From a virus (Duplodnaviria > Caudoviricetes), in IMG/VR virus record IMGVR_UViG_3300038307_000128, positions 1-34,397 of that record: a stretch of 34,397 nucleotides of DNA. One strand, given 5' to 3'. Positions within the stretch are counted from its first letter, which is position 1, and each line of letters opens with the position of its first letter. The notes beneath the pieces were generated by a model. That model did not search any database. It had not been told where the DNA came from and saw only the letters and a list, made by a program, of their open reading frames with translations. Shown here piece after piece: positions 8,185-16,189 of the stretch. The translations under genes and the position numbers were made by a program.

Positions 8185-8607
8185 ATGAAAGAATCTATAT
8201 TCAAAGAAACAGTTTATGAGGATGCAGTGCGAAGTATGAAAGCACTTAATGGCAGAAACCCAGATGATGTATATGACGATGCAAGCGACATACTTGAGTT
8301 TATCAAACACCTTAACCCATTGGAATATGTGAGATGGTTTATGTTGGTTGGTTACTCGGAAGCAAAAGCAATCGAGTTGCTGAAGCGGGAACTTTGCGGT
8401 GAGCAATCGGTTTATGTACTCGACATTGAGGACAATACCAAGAGCGGGTTTGTTAGTACTGGGTACTCAATAGGTTTGACGTTCAAAGAGGACGAGTTGT
8501 TTGAACCAGACCATTGGTATTATGTTGTACCAGTAGGCGAGTACAAACCTGAAGCAACATTTGAAACTTACGGTGAAGCAAGGGAGTACGCCAATGCGAA
8601 TAATTAA
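8185..8607 (+). CDS. Hypothetical protein
   Basis: GAAAGGA RBS; leader resembles that of the 6234 gene. Confidence 0.75.
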   Translation: MKESIFKETVYEDAVRSMKALNGRNPDDVYDDASDILEFIKHLNPLEYVRWFMLVGYSEAKAIELLKRELCGEQSVYVLDIEDNTKSGFVSTGYSIGLTFKEDELFEPDHWYYVVPVGEYKPEATFETYGEAREYANANN

Positions 8608-8902
8608 AGAAGAAGATGCAAACACTATTGCCAAAGACGGAGTGGTGTTAGCACTAACAGAAAAGTTGCATAGGAAAGCCAGAGCAGAAAAGATAGCAAA
8701 GCGTGAAGCGCCGAAATGGAATGGAACACCTTTGCTTTGTATGTATGAAGTTGAAATTGCTAGTGGTCGTAAAGTCAAAAGGTACTTGCCATTGGTTCAA
8801 TACGTGCCAACAGACCGACAGTCAAAAGTGTTTTATGAACTGTTAGAAGAAACAAATCCCGAATTTATGAAAGGAATAAGTAATGATACACGTAATGCTT
8901 AG
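8594..8902 (+). CDS. Hypothetical protein
   Basis: AGGGAG RBS before ATG 8594. Confidence 0.7.
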   Translation: MRIIKEEDANTIAKDGVVLALTEKLHRKARAEKIAKREAPKWNGTPLLCMYEVEIASGRKVKRYLPLVQYVPTDRQSKVFYELLEETNPEFMKGISNDTRNA

Positions 8903-9080
8903 CGAAAAAGAAATTGGACAATTAACAGAAGCACTACATTGTACGCTTCAAATGTTAAAAGAAAAAGACCCAGAGAATGGTCATCACTTTGAAACTATGT
9001 ATCAAAGAGTAAAAGATAAATTAGAGGCAATTCAAAATTCTATTGATAAAGAAAGGGAATTAAGTAATGAAGTATCTTAA
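8883..9080 (+). CDS. Hypothetical protein
   Basis: GAAAGGA RBS. Confidence 0.7.
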   Translation: MIHVMLSEKEIGQLTEALHCTLQMLKEKDPENGHHFETMYQRVKDKLEAIQNSIDKERELSNEVS

Positions 9081-9228
9081 ATGGATATGGGAATTGGTAA
9101 ATGATTTGGCAGGGGCTTTAACACAAAGCGGATACGTTGAAGTATTGCCAGATGATAAAGACAAACACCGAGAAGATTATTTTGAAGGTGTTAGAAAAGA
9201 GTTAGAACAGTTAGAAGAAAACAAGTAA
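9067..9228 (+). CDS. Hypothetical protein (53 aa, MKYLKWIWEL...), not in ORF track
   Basis: AAAGGGA RBS, overlap with upstream gene. Confidence 0.65.
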   Translation: MKYLKWIWELVNDLAGALTQSGYVEVLPDDKDKHREDYFEGVRKELEQLEENK

Positions 9229-9257
9229 GCGTTTTACTTGTTACAGAAATTAGTATG

Positions 9258-9293
9258 GGGCTTGGTTACGTGGTGTAGCCAAGTCCTTTGTTT
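9258..9293 (+). terminator. Hairpin, possible weak terminator
   Basis: GGGCTTGGTTAC-GTGGT-GTAGCCAAGTCC then TTTGTTT. Confidence 0.55.
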
Positions 9294-9312
9294 ATGAAAG
9301 GACAAAAATATT

Positions 9313-10314
9313 ATGAGTCACGAAATAGAAAAACATGACAAGATAGTTGTTACAAAGAAACAGGCATGGCATGGCTTGGGTATCGTAGTTGAAGAAGCAC
9401 CAACACCATACCAAGCATTGCACATTGCAGGAATGAATTGGGAAGTTGGCACTTGCCCATTGTATGGTTTGGTTGAAGGCGAAGGTACACAAGAACCAAC
9501 TCGGGTAGTGTACGAAGACAGATATGGTTTGTATCGTAAAGACCTCAACCTAATGCTTGGCAATTGTTCTGAGCATTATGTACCAATCCAAAATATGCAA
9601 GTTGCGGATTTGATTTATGACGTAGCAGAAAGTGAAAACATAAAAGTTGAATCAGCAGGTTCATTAAAGAATGGTCAACGAATATTCTTTTTGGTTGAGT
9701 TAGGTTCTATGGGATTGCAGAATGGCGATGACGTTATCAAACAGTATGCGTTTTTTCATACTGGTCATGACGGAAAGACAGGTTTGAGCGTGAGACAAAC
9801 AAACGTCCGAGTAGTTTGTGCAAACACAGAAGCAATGGCAATGCGAGATTCAAGCATACGGCTACGGCACATGGGCGAGAACGCTTATGACCTTGAAGCG
9901 GTACGAGCAAAGTTGGGTGACATTAAAGCACAAGCATTATTGTTTGAGCGAACTATGGAGCAAGCCATTGAAACAGAATGGGATGATGCAATGATTAGTG
10001 AGTACTTTGTTAAGACATGGAAACAAGGTACAGGCAAACCGTTGCCAACAGACCCAAAGTCAAAAGCGTTTGCTAAGTTTGCAAACACAATGCAGACATG
10101 GCATGACTATGCAATGAAGCACGAGCATCAAGCGAACTGTCATGGCACAGCGTACTCAGCGTTCCAAGCAGTTACTCAATATGCAACTCACGATATGAAC
10201 GTGAAAGATATGGGCAACGGCAAAGACCAAGCAAGACAGTTGAATACATTGTTTGGTGGCGGTAGCAAACTTGGTGATTCAGCAGGTAAGAATTTAACAC
10301 TAGCACTTAAATAA
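9313..10314 (+). CDS. DUF932/DUF945 family phage/plasmid protein
   Basis: AWHGLG, Y.PIQN, ESAGSL..G.R.F, GHDG, TNVRVVCANT, GTAY.AFQAVT.Y..H motifs. Confidence 0.9.
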   Translation: MSHEIEKHDKIVVTKKQAWHGLGIVVEEAPTPYQALHIAGMNWEVGTCPLYGLVEGEGTQEPTRVVYEDRYGLYRKDLNLMLGNCSEHYVPIQNMQVADLIYDVAESENIKVESAGSLKNGQRIFFLVELGSMGLQNGDDVIKQYAFFHTGHDGKTGLSVRQTNVRVVCANTEAMAMRDSSIRLRHMGENAYDLEAVRAKLGDIKAQALLFERTMEQAIETEWDDAMISEYFVKTWKQGTGKPLPTDPKSKAFAKFANTMQTWHDYAMKHEHQANCHGTAYSAFQAVTQYATHDMNVKDMGNGKDQARQLNTLFGGGSKLGDSAGKNLTLALK

Positions 10315-10322
10315 GAAAGGCG

Positions 10323-10366
10323 TAGCAACAGCATCGGCAATAGTGTCGATGTCTGTTTGCTATTTT
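10323..10366 (+). terminator. Intrinsic terminator
   Basis: TAGCAA-CAG-CATCGGCA-ATAG-TGTCGATG-T-CTG-T-TTGCTA-TTTT. Confidence 0.7.
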
Positions 10367-10370
10367 AATT

Positions 10371-10715
10371 ATGAAGATAACAATTTACGAAGTAGATACG
10401 GGATACTTTATTGCAGACAATGTAGAGCATGGTAAAGAGTTTGGCACAGGCGAACTTAAAAAATCATTTACTAAGAAACGTGAAGCAGAAAAATGTTTTA
10501 GGCGGGAAACAAAGCGACTGCGTTGTGATGATGTAGATTGGTTTGCAGTTACATTAACTGAAAAAACATTTGACGGTTCACCAAGAGCAATAGTTGCAAC
10601 AGCAAATGGCAAAAGGCAAGTCGAGAATTGTGCAGTATCTACAAAAACACTAGATGCTTTTCAATTGACAGAACTCGAAGTAATAAAGCGAAGCAATGAA
10701 AGGATAAGAATATGA
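10371..10715 (+). CDS. Hypothetical protein
   Basis: ORF with ATGA overlap into the next gene. Confidence 0.65.
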   Translation: MKITIYEVDTGYFIADNVEHGKEFGTGELKKSFTKKREAEKCFRRETKRLRCDDVDWFAVTLTEKTFDGSPRAIVATANGKRQVENCAVSTKTLDAFQLTELEVIKRSNERIRI

Positions 10716-11110
10716 CTCAACATAATTTCTTTGAACAAGCGATAGTGAAAATGTTTACAGAACAAAATGACTTCAGGAAAAAGTATTACGATAACAATTT
10801 AGATAACCAAAAAGGAGTAATGCAACCAACATCATTAGAAGCATTAAAAAGTATTGACTGCATGAGCATAATGGAAAAAGTTTTGTGCGAGTTGAAGATT
10901 TTACAATCGACTGATGATGAGTTGGAACAACGTATGGGAATGCGACACCAAACAGTTAGTAGTTGTCGTAGAAAATGTGTAATTAAAGAATGGGTAGTAC
11001 CAACAGGAAAGAAACGACCAACACGTTCAGGCAGGAATGCAAATGTTTGGGAGTTGACTGACGAAGGTAAAGCCAAAGTAAAAACTATTTTAGAAAGGAA
11101 AGAACAATGA
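10712..11110 (+). CDS. Winged helix-turn-helix DNA-binding protein
   Basis: TDDELEQRMGMRHQTVSS.R...V.PTG..RPTRSGRNANVW. Confidence 0.7.
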   Translation: MTQHNFFEQAIVKMFTEQNDFRKKYYDNNLDNQKGVMQPTSLEALKSIDCMSIMEKVLCELKILQSTDDELEQRMGMRHQTVSSCRRKCVIKEWVVPTGKKRPTRSGRNANVWELTDEGKAKVKTILERKEQ

Positions 11111-11307
11111 GTAATATGAGTTACTGTAGATTTGAAAATACAACAAAGGATATGTGGGAATGTATTGATGCACTAGAAGAAGCAGATTGGAATATGGATA
11201 GTCTGAAACTAGATGCTTCAGAATATGAGCAACCCGCAATGGACAGGTTTATAAAACTGTGCAGACGAGTTGTAAAGGTTATGGGTGAAACAGATGAGCA
11301 AACTTAA
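11107..11307 (+). CDS. Hypothetical phage protein (NMSYCRFENT type)
   Basis: N-terminal MSNMSYCRFENT motif; TAGAAAGGA RBS. Confidence 0.75.
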   Translation: MSNMSYCRFENTTKDMWECIDALEEADWNMDSLKLDASEYEQPAMDRFIKLCRRVVKVMGETDEQT

Positions 11308-11491
11308 TGAAGTAGAAAAGACAATGATTGAGATTGCTTATGACAGTTGGTTATTTGCAGTTGCTACTCACCAAGACAATGAACTCATTGCTCACCACGC
11401 TAAACGATTCAAGTATCTTATTGATTGGATTGGTACAACATTAGAAATAGAAACTGAAAGGAAGCAAGATGGTTTGAATATATTGGCATAG
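11294..11491 (+). CDS. Hypothetical protein
   Basis: Overlapping ORF before the terminator. Confidence 0.6.
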   Translation: MSKLNEVEKTMIEIAYDSWLFAVATHQDNELIAHHAKRFKYLIDWIGTTLEIETERKQDGLNILA

Positions 11492-11516
11492 TAAATGGTG
11501 ATGGAATAGATTGAGG

Positions 11517-11558
11517 AAGCCCTCGTACAACTTAAATGTTGTGCGGGGGTTTTTTTTT
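11517..11558 (+). terminator. Strong intrinsic terminator ending the early operon
   Basis: CCCTCGTACAAC-TTAAAT-GTTGTGCGGGGG followed by 9 T. Confidence 0.9.
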
Positions 11559-11614
11559 GGTTTACACCTACTCGGACGGTCACAAAAGATACGATATTAG
11601 TTAGAGCGTATTAA

Positions 11615-12145
11615 ATGGAACTGACTAAAAGCATAATGGATGAAGTGTCGAAGATTACCTTGCATTGGGCAAGGCGTTTTAATTATAAGTACCCAAGATG
11701 GGAAGTTGATGAGTTACACAATGAAGCATTCCTAATAAGCGTTAGATTGCTTGAGCGAGATAAGTACAAGGCAGAAATATCTTCAATGGCTACCTTTCTA
11801 TGGAGAGCATTAGCATACGACATTGGACATAGATATAAAAAGGCAAACGCTCAAAGATATTTGACTTGTCCAGATGGGGTAAGGCGTTATCAGCAAAAAG
11901 AATTGAGCCAATGCAATCTAACCAAGGCACAGCAATACGAGTATGATAAAAAAAATACCGAAGATGACGTGCCATTAAGTTTTATTGATGTTAAAGTAGA
12001 ACACAATGAGTGGTCGTCTGGTAGGATTTATGGTCATAGTGAACAAGATTTACTTAGCCGAGGTATGAGTATTAAAGAACAGCGAAGTCAAGCAAAGGAG
12101 TTTAGAGAAAACTATGAACAGCAGAGCAAAAGGAGCGAGAGGTGA
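11615..12145 (+). CDS. Sigma-factor-like (region 2) transcription regulator, probable late-gene activator
   Basis: WARRF....EVDEL.NEAF......KY....SSMATFLW.AL resembles sigma70 region 2; sits at the start of the late region. Confidence 0.5.
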   Translation: MELTKSIMDEVSKITLHWARRFNYKYPRWEVDELHNEAFLISVRLLERDKYKAEISSMATFLWRALAYDIGHRYKKANAQRYLTCPDGVRRYQQKELSQCNLTKAQQYEYDKKNTEDDVPLSFIDVKVEHNEWSSGRIYGHSEQDLLSRGMSIKEQRSQAKEFRENYEQQSKRSER

Positions 12146-12446
12146 ACGGTACTTTGCTAATTGGTTGAAACAAACTTTTGGTTTGAATGCAAGGCGTGGT
12201 CAACAGTATTGTGGGTTGGCAGGTAACGCAGATGTAGTTGATGGCTTCCCAGATACTCATGCAGAAGTTAAGTTCGTTGAAAAACTTAACATTGATAAGG
12301 CAATGGAGCAAGCAGTAAGAGATTGTGGCGATAGTATCCCTTATGTTGCGCACAAGAAGAATAGATGTGAGTTACTAATTACTATTAGGGCAGAGGACTT
12401 GAAAGCGTTTAGCGAAAGTGTAATGAGTGTAACCAATGGCAAATGA
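12114..12446 (+). CDS. Holliday junction resolvase (PD-(D/E)xK)
   Basis: NSRAKGARGER, RRGQQY.G...ADV, H.EVK, A.EQA. Confidence 0.85.
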   Translation: MNSRAKGARGERYFANWLKQTFGLNARRGQQYCGLAGNADVVDGFPDTHAEVKFVEKLNIDKAMEQAVRDCGDSIPYVAHKKNRCELLITIRAEDLKAFSESVMSVTNGK

Positions 12447-12675
12447 GTATGACCCAACTAAGTCAATGAATGGTTGGATAGAGAATAAGAAATTAGTTCT
12501 ACACAGACTCGAGGAGATAGAACATCATGTACGAAGTATGGAAAAAAGGATTAGCAAGATTGAAAAAGATATTGCTATTCAAAACTCGCACACTAGAATC
12601 TTTGCGGGTATCATCGGTGCGGTTGCAGGTCTTGTTCCTGCTCTGCTTTCTATCCTTATGGCAAGTAGGATGTAG
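12436..12675 (+). CDS. Coiled-coil protein with C-terminal TM segment (holin/XhlA-like)
   Basis: Heptad coiled coil, then IFAGIIGAVAGLVPALLSIL. Confidence 0.55.
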   Translation: MANEYDPTKSMNGWIENKKLVLHRLEEIEHHVRSMEKRISKIEKDIAIQNSHTRIFAGIIGAVAGLVPALLSILMASRM

Positions 12676-13015
12676 TGCAATAGGTAAGGTGTTTAATCCT
12701 GCGCCAACGATGAGCGAACAGGTTGGGTATGTTGCAAAGGAAGTAAGTAGTGCAGGTAACGAACTCGCAATGCTTAGTTGGATAGGTGGTTTGGCAACGC
12801 TTGCGGGTATCGCTTCGCTTGTCATAACAAGGGGCGGTATGGGAATGCGGGCAATCGTGATTGGCGTTATGCTTATCGTTCTCAACTTCGCAGTAGCGAA
12901 CTACATGAGTTGGATATTAGTACCTGTGCTTGTTGCTACAGGCTTGATTAGTTTGGCGTGGTCATATAAGACCATCAAAGAAATGTTACATAACAAGGAG
13001 TGCAAGAATGGCTAG
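12617..13015 (+). CDS. Putative lipoprotein with about three TM helices (lysis-region membrane protein)
   Basis: GTG start gives MRLQVLFLLCFLSLWQVG-C lipobox-like signal; three hydrophobic segments; start uncertain. Confidence 0.5.
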   Translation: MRLQVLFLLCFLSLWQVGCSAIGKVFNPAPTMSEQVGYVAKEVSSAGNELAMLSWIGGLATLAGIASLVITRGGMGMRAIVIGVMLIVLNFAVANYMSWILVPVLVATGLISLAWSYKTIKEMLHNKECKNG

Positions 13016-13115
13016 TTTATTAGGAACAGTTTGGTTTGTTGGTTTAGTTGGTGTTGTTTGTTTTTGTGCAGGTGTTTATCTATCAGATAAAATTAAAAAC
13101 TTGCTTGGCAAATAG
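13008..13115 (+). CDS. Small single-TM protein (35 aa, MASLLGTVWFVGLVGVVCFCAGVYLSDKIKNLLGK), not in ORF track
   Basis: AAGGAG RBS, hydrophobic core, basic tail. Confidence 0.7.
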   Translation: MASLLGTVWFVGLVGVVCFCAGVYLSDKIKNLLGK

Positions 13116-13123
13116 AAATAGTT

Positions 13124-13378
13124 TTGCAAGCAATTAGAGTGAATCATTCAAACGCCCACATCCCGTCACCAACAAAGGAGTTGATGCTTGAGTTGGCTCG
13201 TGGTATACATTGCACAGTAGCAGGTATGGCAACTGATGATATGGGCGAGAAGCATGAACCGTTTGAAGGGTTGCCAGAGAATGTGCAACAGTATTGGATT
13301 GAAGGTGCAAAGTCGGCGTTCGCTATTATTGCAGTACACGGTGGTGGTCAAGTCGAGAAGATACCTGATGCCAAATAG
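13124..13378 (+). CDS. Hypothetical protein
   Basis: ORF between the membrane genes and HNH; start uncertain. Confidence 0.55.
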   Translation: MQAIRVNHSNAHIPSPTKELMLELARGIHCTVAGMATDDMGEKHEPFEGLPENVQQYWIEGAKSAFAIIAVHGGGQVEKIPDAK

Positions 13379-13706
13379 AATCAAGAACTTCTGTCGTGGT
13401 TTGAATTGCAACAACAAAGCAAACGTAGGCAGTACGTTGTGTTGTGACTGTGATAAAGAAAAGAAACAGCAACAACTAACTCCATCGGAACAAGGATATG
13501 ATTATCATTGGTCGAAGGTAAGTAAGTTAGTAAGACGTAACGAACCAGTGTGCAGAATGTGTAAACAAAAACTTGCAACAATGGTTGACCATATTGTTCC
13601 ATTGAAGCAAGGTGGCGAACGTCTTGCACTCGACAACTTACAACCATTATGTTTGCCATGTCATAACACAAAAACGAATAACGATAAGGCAAAGTATTCG
13701 TATTGA
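13368..13706 (+). CDS. HNH endonuclease (HK97 gp74-like packaging cofactor)
   Basis: GYD..W, EPVCRMC, VDHIVP...GG......NLQPLC..CHN.KT. Confidence 0.9.
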   Translation: MPNRIKNFCRGLNCNNKANVGSTLCCDCDKEKKQQQLTPSEQGYDYHWSKVSKLVRRNEPVCRMCKQKLATMVDHIVPLKQGGERLALDNLQPLCLPCHNTKTNNDKAKYSY

Positions 13707-13895
13707 ATCGCAACGCAAAAAGCGAGAGAATCGCAACATCGTACAAATGCCCTCAAATGCGTATTGCAATGCGTTATTAGATGTAATACTTTACGCATAT
13801 CTTAGACGCAGTACAATCGTCTGTGCGACCGTTTAAAAATCTTAATGACGAATGGCATTCCGAACCCCATGAAACGGCACACAGCCGCTCCTAGA

Positions 13896-14000
13896 CCCCT
13901 TAAACGCAAAGGGGGGGTATATTGCGTTTATAACTTGCGTTGTTTTTCGTAACGCCCGCCAACTCACAAAGAAATACACGAGTTTTATAGGTGGGGGTAG
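13896..14000. other. Putative cos packaging region
   Basis: Non-coding, downstream of HNH; G7 run (13911-13917) ~35 nt before GC-rich ACGCCCGCCAAC (13952-13963), a layout seen in HK97-like 3'-cos phages. Confidence 0.5.
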
Positions 14001-14056
14001 GCGATTTTTGGTATTCTTGCAAATGACCCACAACTGATGGCAAAAAGGAAAACAAA

Positions 14057-14608
14057 ATGAACACAAAAAAAACAAAGTTAACCGAGTTAGTTTTTGATAA
14101 TGAAAACGCAAGACGGCACAGCGAAGAAAATAAGTTTGCAGTTAAAACTTCACTTGAAAAGTACGGTCAGCAAAAACCAATTGTAATAAACGAAGACAAG
14201 AAAATCATTGCGGGAAACTGCACTGCGGTTGTTGCAAAAGAACTTGGTTGGGAAACCGTTGATACGGTTACAACAAAATTGACCGCCGAACAAGCGACTG
14301 CGTATGCAATTGCTGATAATAGAACGAGCGAGTTGGGTGAATGGGAAGGCGATGTCTTAAAGTTCTTGGTTGAGTCAAATGAAATAGATTTAGATTCAAT
14401 TGGTTTTGACGTTGACTCCTTTAACATTGCGACAGGGGAAATGAGTTGGGATGAAGAAGATAGACCAAATGTGGACGAAGAAGTGCAGGTGCCTACAGTT
14501 AAAATACAACTATCGCTTACTGATTGGGGCAGAAAACAAGAAGTAATAGATGCGATTAGTAATATGATTTATGATAATAGTTGGGGAGATTTTTTAGAAA
14601 TCAAATGA
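14057..14608 (+). CDS. ParB-like N-terminal domain protein
   Basis: NARRH, SL.KYGQQKPIV, IIAGN, AYAIADNR.SEL.EW. Confidence 0.9.
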   Translation: MNTKKTKLTELVFDNENARRHSEENKFAVKTSLEKYGQQKPIVINEDKKIIAGNCTAVVAKELGWETVDTVTTKLTAEQATAYAIADNRTSELGEWEGDVLKFLVESNEIDLDSIGFDVDSFNIATGEMSWDEEDRPNVDEEVQVPTVKIQLSLTDWGRKQEVIDAISNMIYDNSWGDFLEIK

Positions 14609-15606
14609 TGCCGTTCCCTAATATCTTGGCGTCCTATGCGTATTGCAGAAACAATAAAAAGTTTACGGATACGCTTTGTAAAATTGTCAAAGATGAAAGC
14701 ACGAACTTGCTAATAGATTCGGGAGCATATACCGCTTTTAAGATTGGCAAGCATATAGATATAGATGATTACATCGACTACATTAAATTGCTAAACGATT
14801 GTGGTGGTGCTTGGAATTATATTCAGTTAGATGTAATTGGAAATAAAGAAGCAACATGGAAAAATCTTGACTATATGTATGCAAAAAATGTAAAGCCGAT
14901 GCCAGTGCTTACAGTAGATATGGAATCTAGCGTTGCAAAGGGTTACATGGATTACAACGATTTTATCTGCATAGCAGGCGGTCAAAGAAGTTGGACTGGT
15001 GCAAAGCAATGGCAATGGAAGCGAGCGAATGAAGTAAATAAATTAACCGAAGGAAAAGCACGCTCACATTTTCTCGCTTTTTTGCAAATACCCGACTTGT
15101 ATGATTTGCCTCTGGAGTCAGCCGATGCTTCAACTTGGTTGGCAGGACAGCAATACTCAAGGATAGCGTGTTATATATCTGGCGGCAAAATGACTGGTTC
15201 GGATTTTTGGTTCAAAAAAAAATATCTTCCAAAAAATAAACTTGGCGAGCATCTAGTCAGGCATCTTGACAGAGATAAGATAACAAAAACTATTTGGAGA
15301 GATAAGTCGATAATGGCAACTGGTGGTGCATCTTACTGTTCTCTTAAAACAGCAACTTCGTTTGTTGCACTTTGCAATGATGCGAGAAAACGTAGTCGGC
15401 AAGTTTTTTTAGTAACGTCTAGTTCGCATGATATCGATAGTTTATATGTAGCATCGAAGTATGGTGATGATAAGGGCTACTTGGATTACTTCGGTGCAAA
15501 AGTTGAGTTTGATAAACTAAGAGCGTTAAGAAAAAACGATTTTAACAAATGGCAACGATATGTAACTGATGGAATAAAAGAATTGGGTGAAGTTAAACGA
15601 GATTAA
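14605..15606 (+). CDS. dpdA: DpdA-like DNA 7-deazaguanine transglycosylase (TGT fold)
   Basis: LIDSGAYT, I.ID.YI.YI, QLDVIG...T..N...M, PMPV, IAGG, H.L, S.D.STW; adjacent to queC/D/E and folE. Confidence 0.75.
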   Translation: MMPFPNILASYAYCRNNKKFTDTLCKIVKDESTNLLIDSGAYTAFKIGKHIDIDDYIDYIKLLNDCGGAWNYIQLDVIGNKEATWKNLDYMYAKNVKPMPVLTVDMESSVAKGYMDYNDFICIAGGQRSWTGAKQWQWKRANEVNKLTEGKARSHFLAFLQIPDLYDLPLESADASTWLAGQQYSRIACYISGGKMTGSDFWFKKKYLPKNKLGEHLVRHLDRDKITKTIWRDKSIMATGGASYCSLKTATSFVALCNDARKRSRQVFLVTSSSHDIDSLYVASKYGDDKGYLDYFGAKVEFDKLRALRKNDFNKWQRYVTDGIKELGEVKRD

Positions 15607-15610
15607 ATAT

Positions 15611-16189
15611 ATGAAAAACAAAAAAGTATTACTTTACAGTGGTGGTTTGGATAGTTGGTTGATAGATAAATTGTGGAAACCAGATGTAAAACTTCATCTA
15701 AAAATTGGCACAATGCAGAATGAGATAGAGTCATCAATCTTGCCCAAGGATGTAATTGTAAAAAAAATAAAGTTAGACGAGTATGTAATTGACGATGGCA
15801 TAGTTACAATACCGCTACGAAACTTAATTTTTCTTTGCTTGGCGGTGAACTACGGAAATGTGATTTGTCTTGGTGGAACAGCAGACGACTTGCACTATGA
15901 CAAGACATTGGGATTTATTAAAGATTCAGAAAACCTTTTCAATAGTGTCTTGAGTAAAGAAAAAAACGATAAAGATTTTAGCCAAAACATTAAAATTGTA
16001 ATGCCTTGGAAAGAGAAAACAAAAATACAAATACTAAAGCAATATATTGACGAAGGTGGTGATGCGAGAAGTGCGTACAAAAGTTCGTTTAGTTGTCACT
16101 TTCCAAAAAATAAAAAGGAATGCTGTGAATGTATCGCCTGTATTAAAAAGATAAACGCCTTTAAGGAAGTTGGATATGATTTTAGTTGA
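15611..16189 (+). CDS. queC: 7-cyano-7-deazaguanine synthase (short phage form)
   Basis: LLYSGGLDS PP-loop, IPLRNLIFL, SFSC...ECCECIAC Zn site. Confidence 0.85.
   Translation: MKNKKVLLYSGGLDSWLIDKLWKPDVKLHLKIGTMQNEIESSILPKDVIVKKIKLDEYVIDDGIVTIPLRNLIFLCLAVNYGNVICLGGTADDLHYDKTLGFIKDSENLFNSVLSKEKNDKDFSQNIKIVMPWKEKTKIQILKQYIDEGGDARSAYKSSFSCHFPKNKKECCECIACIKKINAFKEVGYDFS

Noticed and set aside
13368-13706. HNH as a mobile homing endonuclease
   Set aside because: Size, motifs and position next to the putative cos match the gp74-type terminase cofactor
14057-14608. ParB as a plasmid-prophage partition system
   Set aside because: Only the N-terminal domain is present, with no HTH or parA, and it heads a modification operon
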